A DNA stretch of 64,000 nucleotides from Lobosporangium transversale (Eukaryota). A model generated the notes under the pieces. The model saw nothing but the letters and a program-made list of their open reading frames with translations, searched no databases and was not told the origin of the DNA. This document shows, piece by piece, positions 42,460 through 54,537 of this stretch. The translations under genes and the position numbers were made by a program. The stretch lies in the NCBI RefSeq assembly GCF_002105155.1, contig NW_019028980.1:1488001-1552000 (forward strand), given 5' to 3'. Within the stretch, counting starts at the first letter, position 1, and each line of letters begins with the position of its first letter.

Positions 42460-43682
42460 TTAAGCACGACGAGCACGGGCAGCGAGCTGACGAGCGTTAA
42501 GCTTGGACTTCTTAGGCTCAACTTCACGTTTAACAGCCTCGTTCTCCTCAGCAACAATGATCTCAATATGGCAGGGGGAAGACATGTAAGGGTTGATGCG
42601 ACCGTGAGCACGGTAGGTACGGCGACGTTGGCGAGGAGCCTGGTTGACCTGAATGTGCTTAACGACAAGAGCATCCTGATCCAAACCCTTGACCTAGAAA
42701 ACAATATTACAAAGTATATCGTTCCGTTGGAGAAAGAAAAGGCATTCCAGGTCAACAAATCATACAGAAACCAGTGTGATTATAGTTTTCGACATTGATC
42801 CATGGTTGATATATGCGCTGTCGTATATCTCTGTTCATTTCCTCCGCTTTTGTTCACAAGTAGTTATGAATGGCTCGTCTTCTCCTGATTCTTTTTCCTG
42901 ATTGTATGAAGCCCTTCACATATGCTGAGCATTAAATTCCGGATATAAGGTAATGTTAACTTTTTTTGTTTTTTTTTTTTTTTTTAGGTCAAAAATGCCA
43001 TTGCCTTATGCGACATCAGTACTTCATTGCTCGAAGGACTAGCAAATTTTGTTTTAGTCCTGTGTGGCTCCTGTTGCTAACTGTCTACTGTATTTGCGCT
43101 TCATCCCGATTACTAATCTGTTACATTACTCCAGTTTTCCAGTGTTTTCTATAGGGTCCAATTTGATGGTTTACCTCAGCGTTGGACTCAGCGTTCTTGA
43201 GCAAGTCAGTGACAAACTCAACGGACTTGACGGGCCAGCGACCCATGGTCATACCGAAATGCTTGGCCTGAGCAGTACGACCAATACCACCGTTGAAGCG
43301 GCGGAAAGGAATGACCTGCTTGTGATCCTTGACGGCCTCGAGGTAGGTGAGGGCCTTCTTCAACTTCATGCCAGAGATGGCAGCAGCAACCTCACGTGTG
43401 TTCTTGAAATGAACACGGAGGTAGGAGCCGCGAGACATAGCAGCTATTTATATGTTTCAGAAAGTTGATTTTCGGACGGAAGTGTTGTTCAGTTGGATAG
43501 ATTATTGATTAGACTTCTATTTCCTCTGCGTCTACTGTTTTCCCGCGTATTAATCAACTAGTCTTTTATTCTTTCATTTCATCACAAGATAAAATATTGT
43601 TGAACTACGCTCCTGCTATAGTTTTTTTCCCTTTCGACTTACTCTTGGAGCTGTTGGCTGGAGTGGCAGCGTATCTCACCAT
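42460..43682 (-). CDS. RPL17: 60S ribosomal protein L17 (uL22)
   Basis: MVRYAA...[15 protein letters not shown]...GRWPVKS...[30 protein letters not shown]. Three coding exons plus a probable 5'UTR intron at ~43689-44214. Confidence 0.96.
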
Positions 43683-44405
43683 GTTGTCCTAGAAGACGAA
43701 ATAAAAAAAATAAAAAAAACAGGCGACAAGGAAGGTGAACCAGATTAGCTTGTCTGCTGAAAAAAAAAAAAAAAAAAAAAAAAATCCTGATCGTAGATGC
43801 CTCTTTTCAGCCTGAGAAATTTGTTAGACTGATCTATTTTTTACTCGATCGTCACATCCTGCTTCATGGTTTTCCCATCTTTGTCGACAGCCAGAAATTA
43901 TAACGATGATGAATGATTTTGATCCAAACAAACTAAAAAATCCCCTGGAGAGACTGACTTCTGATTCTCATTCATTTGTAACATTCATGGACAGGCTTAG
44001 TTTAAATTGATGCATGTAATCTTCAGTCAAAGATAATGCTTCTGATAAAGATAGATATTGATATTGACTTCTGGATGACAACGCTGATAATAATGCCGCT
44101 ATCGTTGATATCGATGGATAGATGTATTGGCGTTATATTGGTGTGGATGGATGTACATCCACGCTGTTTCATTGCTCCAGCTGATCCGTGACTGCCATGC
44201 ACTGAGTTCTCTACCTTTGGAATAAGAGATAGAGGAAAGAAGGCTCCATGTCGTCTCAGGGCCTTTAATTTTTTATCCGTTTCAAATTACTGCCTCCTAA
44301 GATAAAATTAGTGGCGTAAGCTTATTCCTCCAACTGTAGACAGCATTGCTTCTCACATCTGTCCCTCACATCTATCATATTTTCTTCCCAACTTCTCCAT
44401 TACAC

Positions 44406-46343
44406 ATGGTGCAATCAGATGAAGAGCTTGCTCGGTTACTTCAGGAGCAAGAGTATGGGGCTGTAGGAAGCAGTTCGCTACTAAAAAAAGGAGATATTGA
44501 CTCGCCGTTCATAATCCCAGAAGACGACGACTATGATAATGGCGTAACACCACCTGACCTTGACACAGAAGCCCCTTTTAAGGACTTGCACGGACTCTTC
44601 CTTGCATTCAATGATCAATATTTCGAATCAAAGTTGAGCGCTTGTGAAGTACGATGGAGTCCTAGGATGACTCGATGGTAATGCTGATATACACAGTAGT
44701 TTATCCAATGCAATTGATGAAGCTGCGGTCTAAAAATTGCCTATTATCGTTATCCATCAAAAAAAAAAAAAAAAAAAAAAAAAACAGTGCTGGACTTTGT
44801 TACTATCAATCGAAAGCACAATATTGCTCCATTAGGCTTTCTGAACCACTACTCAAGTTCAGGCCCGAGTCTGATTATATTGACACTCTCCTACATGAAA
44901 TGATACAGTACGGCACCACTTTATACCATGTTTTCATAAACCGCTTTTCTTTACGAACATTTATGATAAATGGAAAATTAACGTCCTGAACCTTGTATCG
45001 ATTAAAAAAGTGCATACCTTTTTGTCACGAAAGCGATCCAGGATCACGATGGACATGGAGCCGACGTAAATATTGAATATATGTAAATAACTGAGTGCAT
45101 ATGGTTTTCATCAATCATTGGCTCTCACATTCAATGTATCTGCTTTTTTAATAGTTCCAATATCATATGAACAGGATCAATAAAGCGGCAGGAACATCCA
45201 TCACCATTTATCATACATTTCATGATGAAGTACGCCATTATCAAACCCATATTTGGAAATGTAATGGGCCTTGCCAACATCGCCCACCATACTACGGCAT
45301 TGTGAAACGATCCATGAATAGGTAAGAGGCATCAATCACAGCGACATAATCAATTTAATGATCAATTTGTATAGGAAAGGAGAATTTTGATTCCTTAATC
45401 TCTCGTTATTAATAATAGACCTCCGCAGCCGGCAGATCGTTGGTTTGCAGAGCATCAGATGACATGTGGCGGGACCTACACTAAGATCTCAGAACCAGAA
45501 TCAATGAAAAAGAAGAAACCATCGTCAAAATCACAAAAAAACGCAAAACCGGATCCAGAGTCAAAAGGACGGACATTGATCGATGACTTTTTTTCGCCAT
45601 CAAAAACGGCCTCTGAAACGAATTCATCCAAATCATCTTCACTATCGTTGACATCTCTGAACAACAAGGATGGCTCCAATAAAGATAATTCCATTCTCAT
45701 TCATGACGCTGACCATATCGATAACGCCAAGAATTTTATACCAGGATCCTCCGAATTAACAGATGATGTACAGCAAAATGACTCTTCAACGACCGAGAAC
45801 ATTTTTGGCAAAGACAAAGAAGTCGGCATTAATCCACTGTCACCGAGAGAGGCTGCTGCCGCGGCAGCATTACGACGATTCGAGCGTCATCTTAATCAGA
45901 CATCTATTAATATGAAGTCATTGTCCCCGTTGTCATCTTCATCAAAACGTAAGACTGTAGCTGCAGCGGATTTGAATGACAAAGATGCCCTACGTTCGAA
46001 ACGGATGAAGGAAGAGGGAATAGTATATATGAAGAGGAACACTACCGATAGTGGACAGGGGAAAGAGTCAGTGGTCTTAATCAAAAGGTCGACGTCATCG
46101 TCTACCAGAATCGAAGATCCATACGAGGGCTCAGATACTGGTGTCCAACGAGGGGCTCTAGATAACAAAGAAGTGCGCGTTAATACAGGTATCAAGTCCA
46201 GTCCTTCAGGTCCATCTAGCATGAAAGCGGAAGTTGTCGATGCACTGTTGGTCTCTTGTCCAATCTGTACACAGAAGGTGGAAGAAGCAACGATCAACGA
46301 CCATGTAGATCTCTGCATCTGGCATGCGAGTGGAGCAAACTGA
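44406..46343 (+). CDS. SPRTN: Spartan/DVC1 (SprT-family) DNA-protein crosslink metalloprotease
   Basis: LF..FN..YF...L....VRWSPRMTRCAGLC; IRLSEPLLKFRP...DTLLHEMIHAYLF (HEXXH across an intron); DHDGHG; YHTFHDEV; WKCNGPC..RPPYYGIVKRSMNRPP; HQMTCGGTYTKI; C-terminal UBZ CPIC...INDHVDLC. Confidence 0.9.
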
Positions 46344-46579
46344 AGCGGAGGCACTTCATTATTTATGTTATACTAAATATGATTTTTGTAAAGCACTGTA
46401 AAATACCTCTATCAAATATTCAAGATTAAAGATTCGAATAACATGTACATCGATTTGTTATTGTTTTAAATCTAAAATTCATTCTCACGTGGATATTCGG
46501 TGGCGGTTAGAGCAAGCGCGTTGACTTTTCTGAAGAAGAAACAGGGGCCTGCAGTAACCTGAACCTGTTCTTCAATAGC

Positions 46580-49500
46580 ATGACAGAATCAAAGAAACGA
46601 CGAATCATTGAAGAGGAAGAAGAAGAAGAAATTCATGCAGGACATCAGGCACGAAATGGAGGAGCCAAGGCTCTAAAATTAGCAAAGAACAAGGTATTGC
46701 TTATTAACAACATTTTTATTTTTTATTTGTTTGTTTGCCACCAAAAAAAAAAAAAATTTATTGTTGCTTCCTGACAGCAACCATGAAGGATTGAAACATT
46801 AACTAATTGAATCATTGATGAATTTGGATTAATTCGTATTTTTTTTTTGGATGTCAAGAGATCGAAGCATGAAGAATCTGAGGAAGAACGAGAACAAACC
46901 ATAGACGAGGATGAAGAGGAAACCTCGTTTCGTGAAGAACCTGAAGGTGAAGGTTGGGTCAATGATGATGAACAGGAAAGAGGTCTACCTGCTGTAGTGG
47001 ATGATGTGACCTGGAGACAGCGCGCGGACCTTGAGTTCGAGAAATCGAAATCACAGCGTGGCCGCCAAGGGGTAAGATCAAAATTGATAATCCGAGCAAT
47101 TATTGCAAAAAAAAAAAAAAAAAAAAAGTTAAAGCAAGTATACTAACCAACATTTGCTTTTTTTTTCTTTTTTTCTTTTTCTTTAACAAAAATATCTAGA
47201 CGGTCGCAGAAATGGGTGTCATTGAAATAATTGAAATGTTTGACTTCATGTGTCACCGACACCTCAAAGTTCCCTTTGGACCGAAGATCAATTTCATCAT
47301 CGGACACAACGGAAGTAAGTTGAAAAAAAAAAAAAAAAAAAAAAAAAAAGACAGAGGTCGACTCTATCATCATCAGAACAAGGAGATTAAGATGAAATGT
47401 CACATTGGATAAAGCATGGGATATAGGGTATAAGGAAATTTAAAAAAGTAATTTGTACGTCTATTGATGCTAGGTGGAAAGAGCGCTATTTTAACCGCGA
47501 TCATGGTCTGCTTGGGTGGGAAGGCAAACGCCACAAACCGTGCCCAGAGTCTCAAAGCTCTTATTCGAGAGGGGGCTAGTCAGACGGAGGTTAGGCTGCA
47601 ATTGCGTAATAGAGGACCTGATGCATTCAAACCAGAGATCTATGGAGAGAGTATCATCATTGAGCGTCGCATATCTAAGGATGGTGCCTCTGGGTATAAG
47701 ATCAAATCATCCAAAGGAAAGACGATTTCAACGAAACGAGATGAACTTGCGGCTATGTGCGATCACATGAACATTCAGGTTGACAATCCCATGAACGTCC
47801 TTTCTCAGGATACTGCCCGTCAGTTTTTGCAGTCTTCGACAGGCGAGGAAAAGTACAAGTTCTTTTCTCGAGGAACTCAGCTCACTCAACTCAGTATTGA
47901 CTATGAGATTATTCGTGAGTGCATTGATACTATGCAAAGTACTCTCAAGACTAAGACCGAAATCTTACCAGAATTATATGAGATGGCTAAAGCAGCACAG
48001 GCTCGCTTCAAGGACAGTCAACAGGCTGCTACACTTGAGCTCAAGGTCGAGGATCTTAAGAACCAGGTTGCTTGGGCTCAGATTGAGGAACTAGAGAAGG
48101 GAGTGAAACAGATGGAGAAAGAGCTCAATACGCTGATGGCCAAAATTCCAGCCATCGAAAAAAAGCATGCACAAGAGCAGGCGATAATTACGGAAATTGA
48201 CAGGAAAATCCAAGAGCTAGAAAGCAATGCAGATGAACATGCTAGTTCGAATGCGCCAACACATGAGCGGAAGAAACAGCTGGAACAGGAATTGCGGGCG
48301 AAACGCGACGAGCTAAAGGGATATCAAGATGAAGAGAGGACAGTAAACGAGGAGATTAAGTCATTGAAGGAGCAAATCCGGAATTTTGACCAAAAGATTG
48401 AGCAAGAAATGAAAAAGATTCAGAAACAGTCGCGTCGTGCTGAGGTTGAGGGCAAGATCCAACTGTTAACTGAGCAGATTGAAGCTAGCAAAAGGCAGTT
48501 GGCGGAGACGAGAGAAAACTATTCAGTTTTGGATCAGCAGGTTCAACAGAGCAACGAGCGTTTGGAACAGAGCAACGGCGCTGCAAAAAAAATTAAGATG
48601 GATCTCAACGAGGCAAAGGATCGTATCAGACAAATCAATGATCAAAAGCAAAATTCTTTGAAGGCCTTTGGTTCAACGGTTCCTGAAGTGCTAGAGTCGA
48701 TCCAGGAGGTCACAAGAAGGGGAGGGTGGAGGGGAGAGCCGCCTGTAGGACCATTAGGTCATCACGTCAAACTTCGTGATCAACAATGGGCACCCACTAT
48801 AGAGTCCGCACTCGGAAATGTGCTGAATGCGTTCGCTGTCACTACTGATGCTGATAGAAATACATTGTTTGGCATTCTCAAAAGACACAGATGGTGAGTA
48901 GATATTTGAGTTTTTTTTTTTATATAATCGGATATGTTGTGGATTTGGCTTTCTTACTAAACCCGTTTTTTTTTTTTTTGCTTTTTTTTCTTTAGTAATT
49001 CGGATATCCTGCTCACAAGGAAAATCATTTTTGATTACAGTGATAAAGAACCATCGAGCAGGTTTTTGACTATTAATCGAGTACTGGAGTTTGATAATGA
49101 ATGGGTGCGCCGATTGTTGATCGATAAAAATGGGATTGAATCAACCATTCTGATCGAGAAACGTGAGGATGCTGACCGTGTAACGAGTTCAGGACCACAT
49201 GGAGGTTTCCCAGACAAAGTCACTCAATGTTTTACCATGAATTTGATGCGTGTCGGAGATCGCCAGGGTGGTGCTGCCAGTATTATGATGGCCAAATACC
49301 GTGGACCACCTCGGTTGAGTCAAAATGTGGATCAGGAGCTTCAGGAACACGAGGGCACCATTCGTCGACTGGAAGATTCCCTTCGATATCGCATTCGAGA
49401 GAGTCAAGAACTTTTGAGTGATGTGGAAAACAAGGATCGCGAAAGAATTCAGGCTAAAAGACAATTATCCACCTTGGAAAAGGAAATCCGGCTGAAAACA

Positions 49501-50673
49501 AGAGCAATTGAAGATTTACGCGACAGTTTACAAGAGGATGAACCAGCTAATATTCAAGCGTATGAAGAGTCGAAGCAGCAAGCTTTGGAGCGAATCGAGG
49601 CTATGAAGACGCAATATGAGCCCATCGCGCTACATAAGCAAGCTATCACTGAGTCTATGGAGCCCATCAGACAGCAGGTGATGGAGTTGAATGAGCTGAT
49701 CAGAAATCATGAATCTAAGGCATCAAAGATACGAGTAAGTTAATATTGATGTTTTTTTTTTTTTTTCTTTTTTCTTTTTTTTTTTTTTTTTCCTGCATTA
49801 TATAAATATCCTATTAACAATTGAACCTTTATTTTATTTTATTTTATTTTATTTTATTTTTTAATAAACTAGAATGAGCTGGATAAACTAGCTATGGAAA
49901 AAGAAGAGTACCTACGTCGAATCGAACACTGGGATAAAAAACTTCGTGAAGGAAGCGAGGCGGTTCGTATCGCCGAAATAGAGCTTCAGAATAAGAGCAA
50001 AAACTTGGAGGTAATGACTGGCCTAAACGTTTTTTATTTTTTTCTTTTCTCTGTTTAATGTCTTGTGGATGTTGACAGGGAAACTATTCATTGCTGATAT
50101 ATTGTTTAGGTGTCGACTGAGAAAGCAAGACGGTACTGTGAACGAGTGAAAGTGACTAATACGATACCCCAATTGGAACGTGAGATTAAGAGTCTTCAGG
50201 AGCGTCTTAAGGAGCAAGAAGCCCAGCGCGGCTGTACACTGGAGGAGATTGCGATCGATATGAAGCGCAAGCAGGATGAATATAAATCCGCCAAACTTGC
50301 TATTCACCAGTTGGCACAACTTGTTTCGGTAAGGGCCACATTGCCCTAAAAAAGGTGTCTATCAACCTGAAAATGCCATCTAAGCATTCTAAGCATATAT
50401 TTTTACTTTGATTTTGTTTTTTATTTTTGTAGCACTTGAAATCGACACTTCATCAACGTCTGTCACGTTGGCGTGAGTTTCGGTCACAGATGTCACTACG
50501 ATCCAAGATCAACTTTTCTCTGCAGCTTTCGCAGCGAGGGTATTCTGGTGACCTTGAGTTCCACCACCAGGAAAAGTCACTTACTATTCGTGTAAGTCTA
50601 GGAAGACCCTGATATCCTTGTTTCTGATATTTAGCAAAATAGAATGAATTGACTAATGGTATGCGTACGATCA

Positions 50674-50716
<43 letters not shown>

Positions 50717-51185
50717 TTGAAACGGAGGATCAACGATCAGGCAAGGCAGGTATTGCAAGAGATAAGGATCCAAAGTCACTTTCGGGTGGAGAGAAATCCT
50801 TTTCGACCATTTGCTTACTTTTGGCCCTCTGGGACTCAATGTCAAGCTCGATTCGATGGTAAGAAGCATGCATTTGAAATCACTAAAAAAAAAAAAAAAA
50901 AAAAAAAAGAGCATAATTACGGATTTCTAGTGAGCTGACTTGTTTCTTATTTTTTGTATCTTTTTTTCGAATGGGATGGATATTAGCTTGGATGAGTTTG
51001 ACGTATTTATGGATGCAGTGAACCGTCGTATCAGTATGAAGATGCTGATTGATACAGCTCGCGAATCGGATGGGGTGCAGTACATCTTGATTACACCACA
51101 AGATGCTAGCAGCGTATCGCCAGGGCCCGATGTGCGGGTTCATCGGTTGCATGATCCAGAGCGTAACCAACAGACGATAATGTAG
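46580..51185 (+). CDS. SMC6: Structural maintenance of chromosomes protein 6
   Basis: FMCHRHL..FGPKINFIIGHNGSGKSAILTA; LGGKANATNR; QVDNPMNVLSQD; hinge PPVGPLG; LSGGEKSFSTICLLLALW; CLDEFDVFMDAVNR; QYILITPQ. Confidence 0.95.
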
Positions 51186-51801
51186 CGTTGTTTTCCCGAT
51201 ACACTAAAACTATTTGTACTTGTAGTCTCGTAGTAAATCTCCCCTTGTTAATTTTGTTTGTATTTCTAATTTGGACAACGTGTGGTTCCTCATGTTTTCT
51301 GAATGTGCCTTTAAAAAAAAAGGTGAGCAGACCCTGAATATCAGATAAATCAGAGCGAGTCCACGGGTACAAAAGGAAAAAAATAAAAAAAAAAAAAGCG
51401 GAAAGGGAGTGTGGAGGAAAGAATATAAATATGCCGTATACATGTGGAGTGTAGAGCGGCAGCATACGATATTCACATGCTTGGGAATGTGTATGTTAAT
51501 GAGAAGTGAAGTGGTGAAGTGAAGTGAGGGTTGATGTCATGGACAACTAAAAAAGTGCAGTAGCAGTCTAAAGTGGTCCATGCTTCCTATAAACATTTTT
51601 CACATTGGAAGGCGTAATGCGTCATGGCATGGTACAATTCTCATTCACACATTCATGCCCAGTATTGAATAGTATTTGGGGAGCATTGGCATTATTTATA
51701 TCTTTGTTTTCAACGGTTAGGGTCCCTGAACTATTGACTTGTCACTTTCCCTCCCCTTTCTTTCCTTCCATCTCTCTCTCTCTCTTCCCTCTCTCTCCCT
51801 T

Positions 51802-51832
<31 letters not shown>

Positions 51833-53362
51833 CCCTTCAGACAAACATACAAATATCCATCCGCACAAATTGTCCTTGCAGGCACAAGCAAACATTCTTT
51901 ACTCTTACCCTCCTTCTTTGCATTCTGCCCTCAATCATAATTATCATACCCTCTATCTTTCACCCTCTTCTCTTCCCCCTAAGGTCGTCTTTAAATCTCA
52001 GGCACAGGCACAGGCACAGAGGCAATAAATTACAGCTACAAGCACAAGTAATAGATTCAGGTACAGCAAAGCACACATGAGCATATCGATCCTCGATAAC
52101 CACTTGCTACCCTGACAAGGCTATAGGCAGCTCCTATTGCAGCATGCAATTATGCACCTCTATTCGCTTCTCCCTCTTTATAATGCCTTGAAAGTCGTTT
52201 TTCTTCAAACTTTGATCAACATGGGAGCACACAGCACATCATACAAGCACACAATATGACGCTTTCTCGGAATTTCATCTATCCATTTTCAGCTTCTTAT
52301 GATAAAGATCCACAGACCGAATGAGAAGCCCACAAATTGACTGGTTATATTTATCAGCAATATACAATCAGTTGATAAAGGCAGCATTCTTGTACCCGAA
52401 TCAATCAAAATTGCATTCTTATTATTATATTACTATTGTATTTCATTCGCTTCGGTGGCAGCAGCGACATGACAGCAGGGCTATACCGATCATACCTGGG
52501 TCCCTATTCGGATCGTGGGCAGAGCTTTTGTCAACAAACCTGTTGATTTTTTTTTTTTTATTTTTTTTTTTTTTTTTCTTCGTGTTTGTTTACATTCTGA
52601 TCAAATGGCATTACTCCTTTTGCTTTTTGAAAGTGACCACACCATGCGTGCAGCGGTACATCCATTCATCCCTTTACCTCCCAAAAGCACCCAATGACCC
52701 TGTGCCTAGCGGTAATATGTGATCTGTTTACTTTCAATTGAGTATAGACATAGTATTTTTCGCGTTTTCAAAGATATACAAAACACGCGGTTGAAATGGC
52801 ATGACAAATCATAACATGATGGCAAATAGGACGACCTCATGCTATGCGAGAGAACACCATTCTCTCAAAAGCTCGAACACGTATCTTTATATTTACAGTG
52901 TGCCTTCATTCTGCTTACAATGAAGCGATAAGGATTGAGTATTGGTGGTAATAATGAGGATGTTATTGCGATGGTGCTTTTCTCGCCCATGTCCCTGTTG
53001 GCCAATGCCCCTCTTCTTTTCTTAGACAAAAAAGGAGGGGAGACAAGGATGAGAGGAAGAGGAACTTGAACGAGATAGTGCACTGACACAGAAAAGACAA
53101 TGGCGATAGTCATTTGTCAAATATCCCTTATTTCAAACAAGTTAACCCTGAAATTGACGTGTATTTGGTCAGGGCTCGTTGTCCTAGGCCGGACTAACAG
53201 TATACCCTAACTTATTTTTTTTTTTTTTTATTAATTGGACTGTTTCATAGGAGCGCATTTTTGGCGACGTAAAGGTCTACATTACGGCCACGGGCTGAAT
53301 ACATTTACACACCATTATTCTAAAACTAAAAGGCAGAAAGTACAACTTACATCCAACAATAC

Positions 53363-54495
53363 ATGATGGCATCAATATGTTCAGAGTCTGGCACAATTCA
53401 TGGTTCGTCGGGGGCCCAGGAGTCTAATCGTTCATTGCAGGAAAGCCAACTATGTGTTCCAACTCGGACTGGCTTTGAAGAAAACGTTGAAGAGAGAAAG
53501 AGGTCCCAGATACCAGAAGAGAATGGTAATTCTAGCCTCATTCAAGCACGGCTTGCTCAAGGGAAGCAACATCAACATCAAGTGGAATATCAGCAGTGCC
53601 AACAACAACAGCCGTCTAATCAAGAATTAGAGTTAATGGACATTACGGGTTCACATGCGTTACAGCCAAACTCTTTATCGGCCCCAACATCCTTCGGTAC
53701 CACGACACCACCCTGCCTTTTGCCGCCGCTCACTGACAACATTAATAATGGCAAATGGGTTCCAGCCCTAGATCTTTCACGGCATCCCTGTCATGATCAA
53801 GAACTTTTACCTTACTGCTTCGATCAGTCCTCTATTCAAAACCTAGACAATCCTCTCGACTTCCACGCTCCAACTTCCTCTCCTTTTCCCTCGGGCTTCC
53901 AATCTGCCCATTCATTATCTAGGTCTGTTCCGATCCCTCAACTGCCTTGTTCTGCAGAATGTTTGGTCGAACCATCTCCTTTTTTTTGTTCTGTACCTTG
54001 CTCTCCAATCCACCTTTCTCCCAAACATCCTCTTTCTCCTCTCTTTCCTCATCCTCATCCTTCTCCTTCTACTTGTGCCCCCTCACCTCTTCTTCCTTCA
54101 ACTCCTGCTCACCCTATCGCCTTTTCACAGTGCTTGCCACAACCCACATCTCTGAGTTCACTCGACCTTCCTGATAGCGCAAAACTTGTAGGCGTTTGCA
54201 TCAACACCCAAGGTAAGACGAGTAAACAAATCAAGAGCCGTCATAGGTCTTATAAAAAATGGCAGCAAACAAAAAGAAGAGAAAAAACTACAATGCTGCC
54301 CCTCTGGCAGGTAAATCACAGGAACGGCTATAACAGGCCCTTCAACGAAGGTTGTCTAATTCATAACCAGTTTGTTTCTTTGGTGATTATTTTGTTTCGG
54401 CGGTATCGTTTTTTGCGAATGTAGAAAACGTTGTCCACCATATCAGTAAACAAAGAAAAGCGTTTGAGGTGGCCATCTCTTCTGTTCTTTAAGTG

Positions 54496-54537
<42 letters not shown>

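Noticed and set aside
43807..43855. Minus-strand GTGACGA...TTTCTCAGG-CTGA with a 9-nt match to 18S
   Set aside because: Under 50 nt with no terminal stem; a 9-nt match can arise by chance.
43906..43964. ATGATGA...CTGA in the RPL17 5'UTR intron as a snoRNA
   Set aside because: It is antisense to the host transcript, short, and has no rRNA complement I could recognise.
51500..53300. Short ORFs upstream of the large PH gene
   Set aside because: They derive from homopolymers and low-complexity sequence with no coding signature; probably promoter and 5'UTR.
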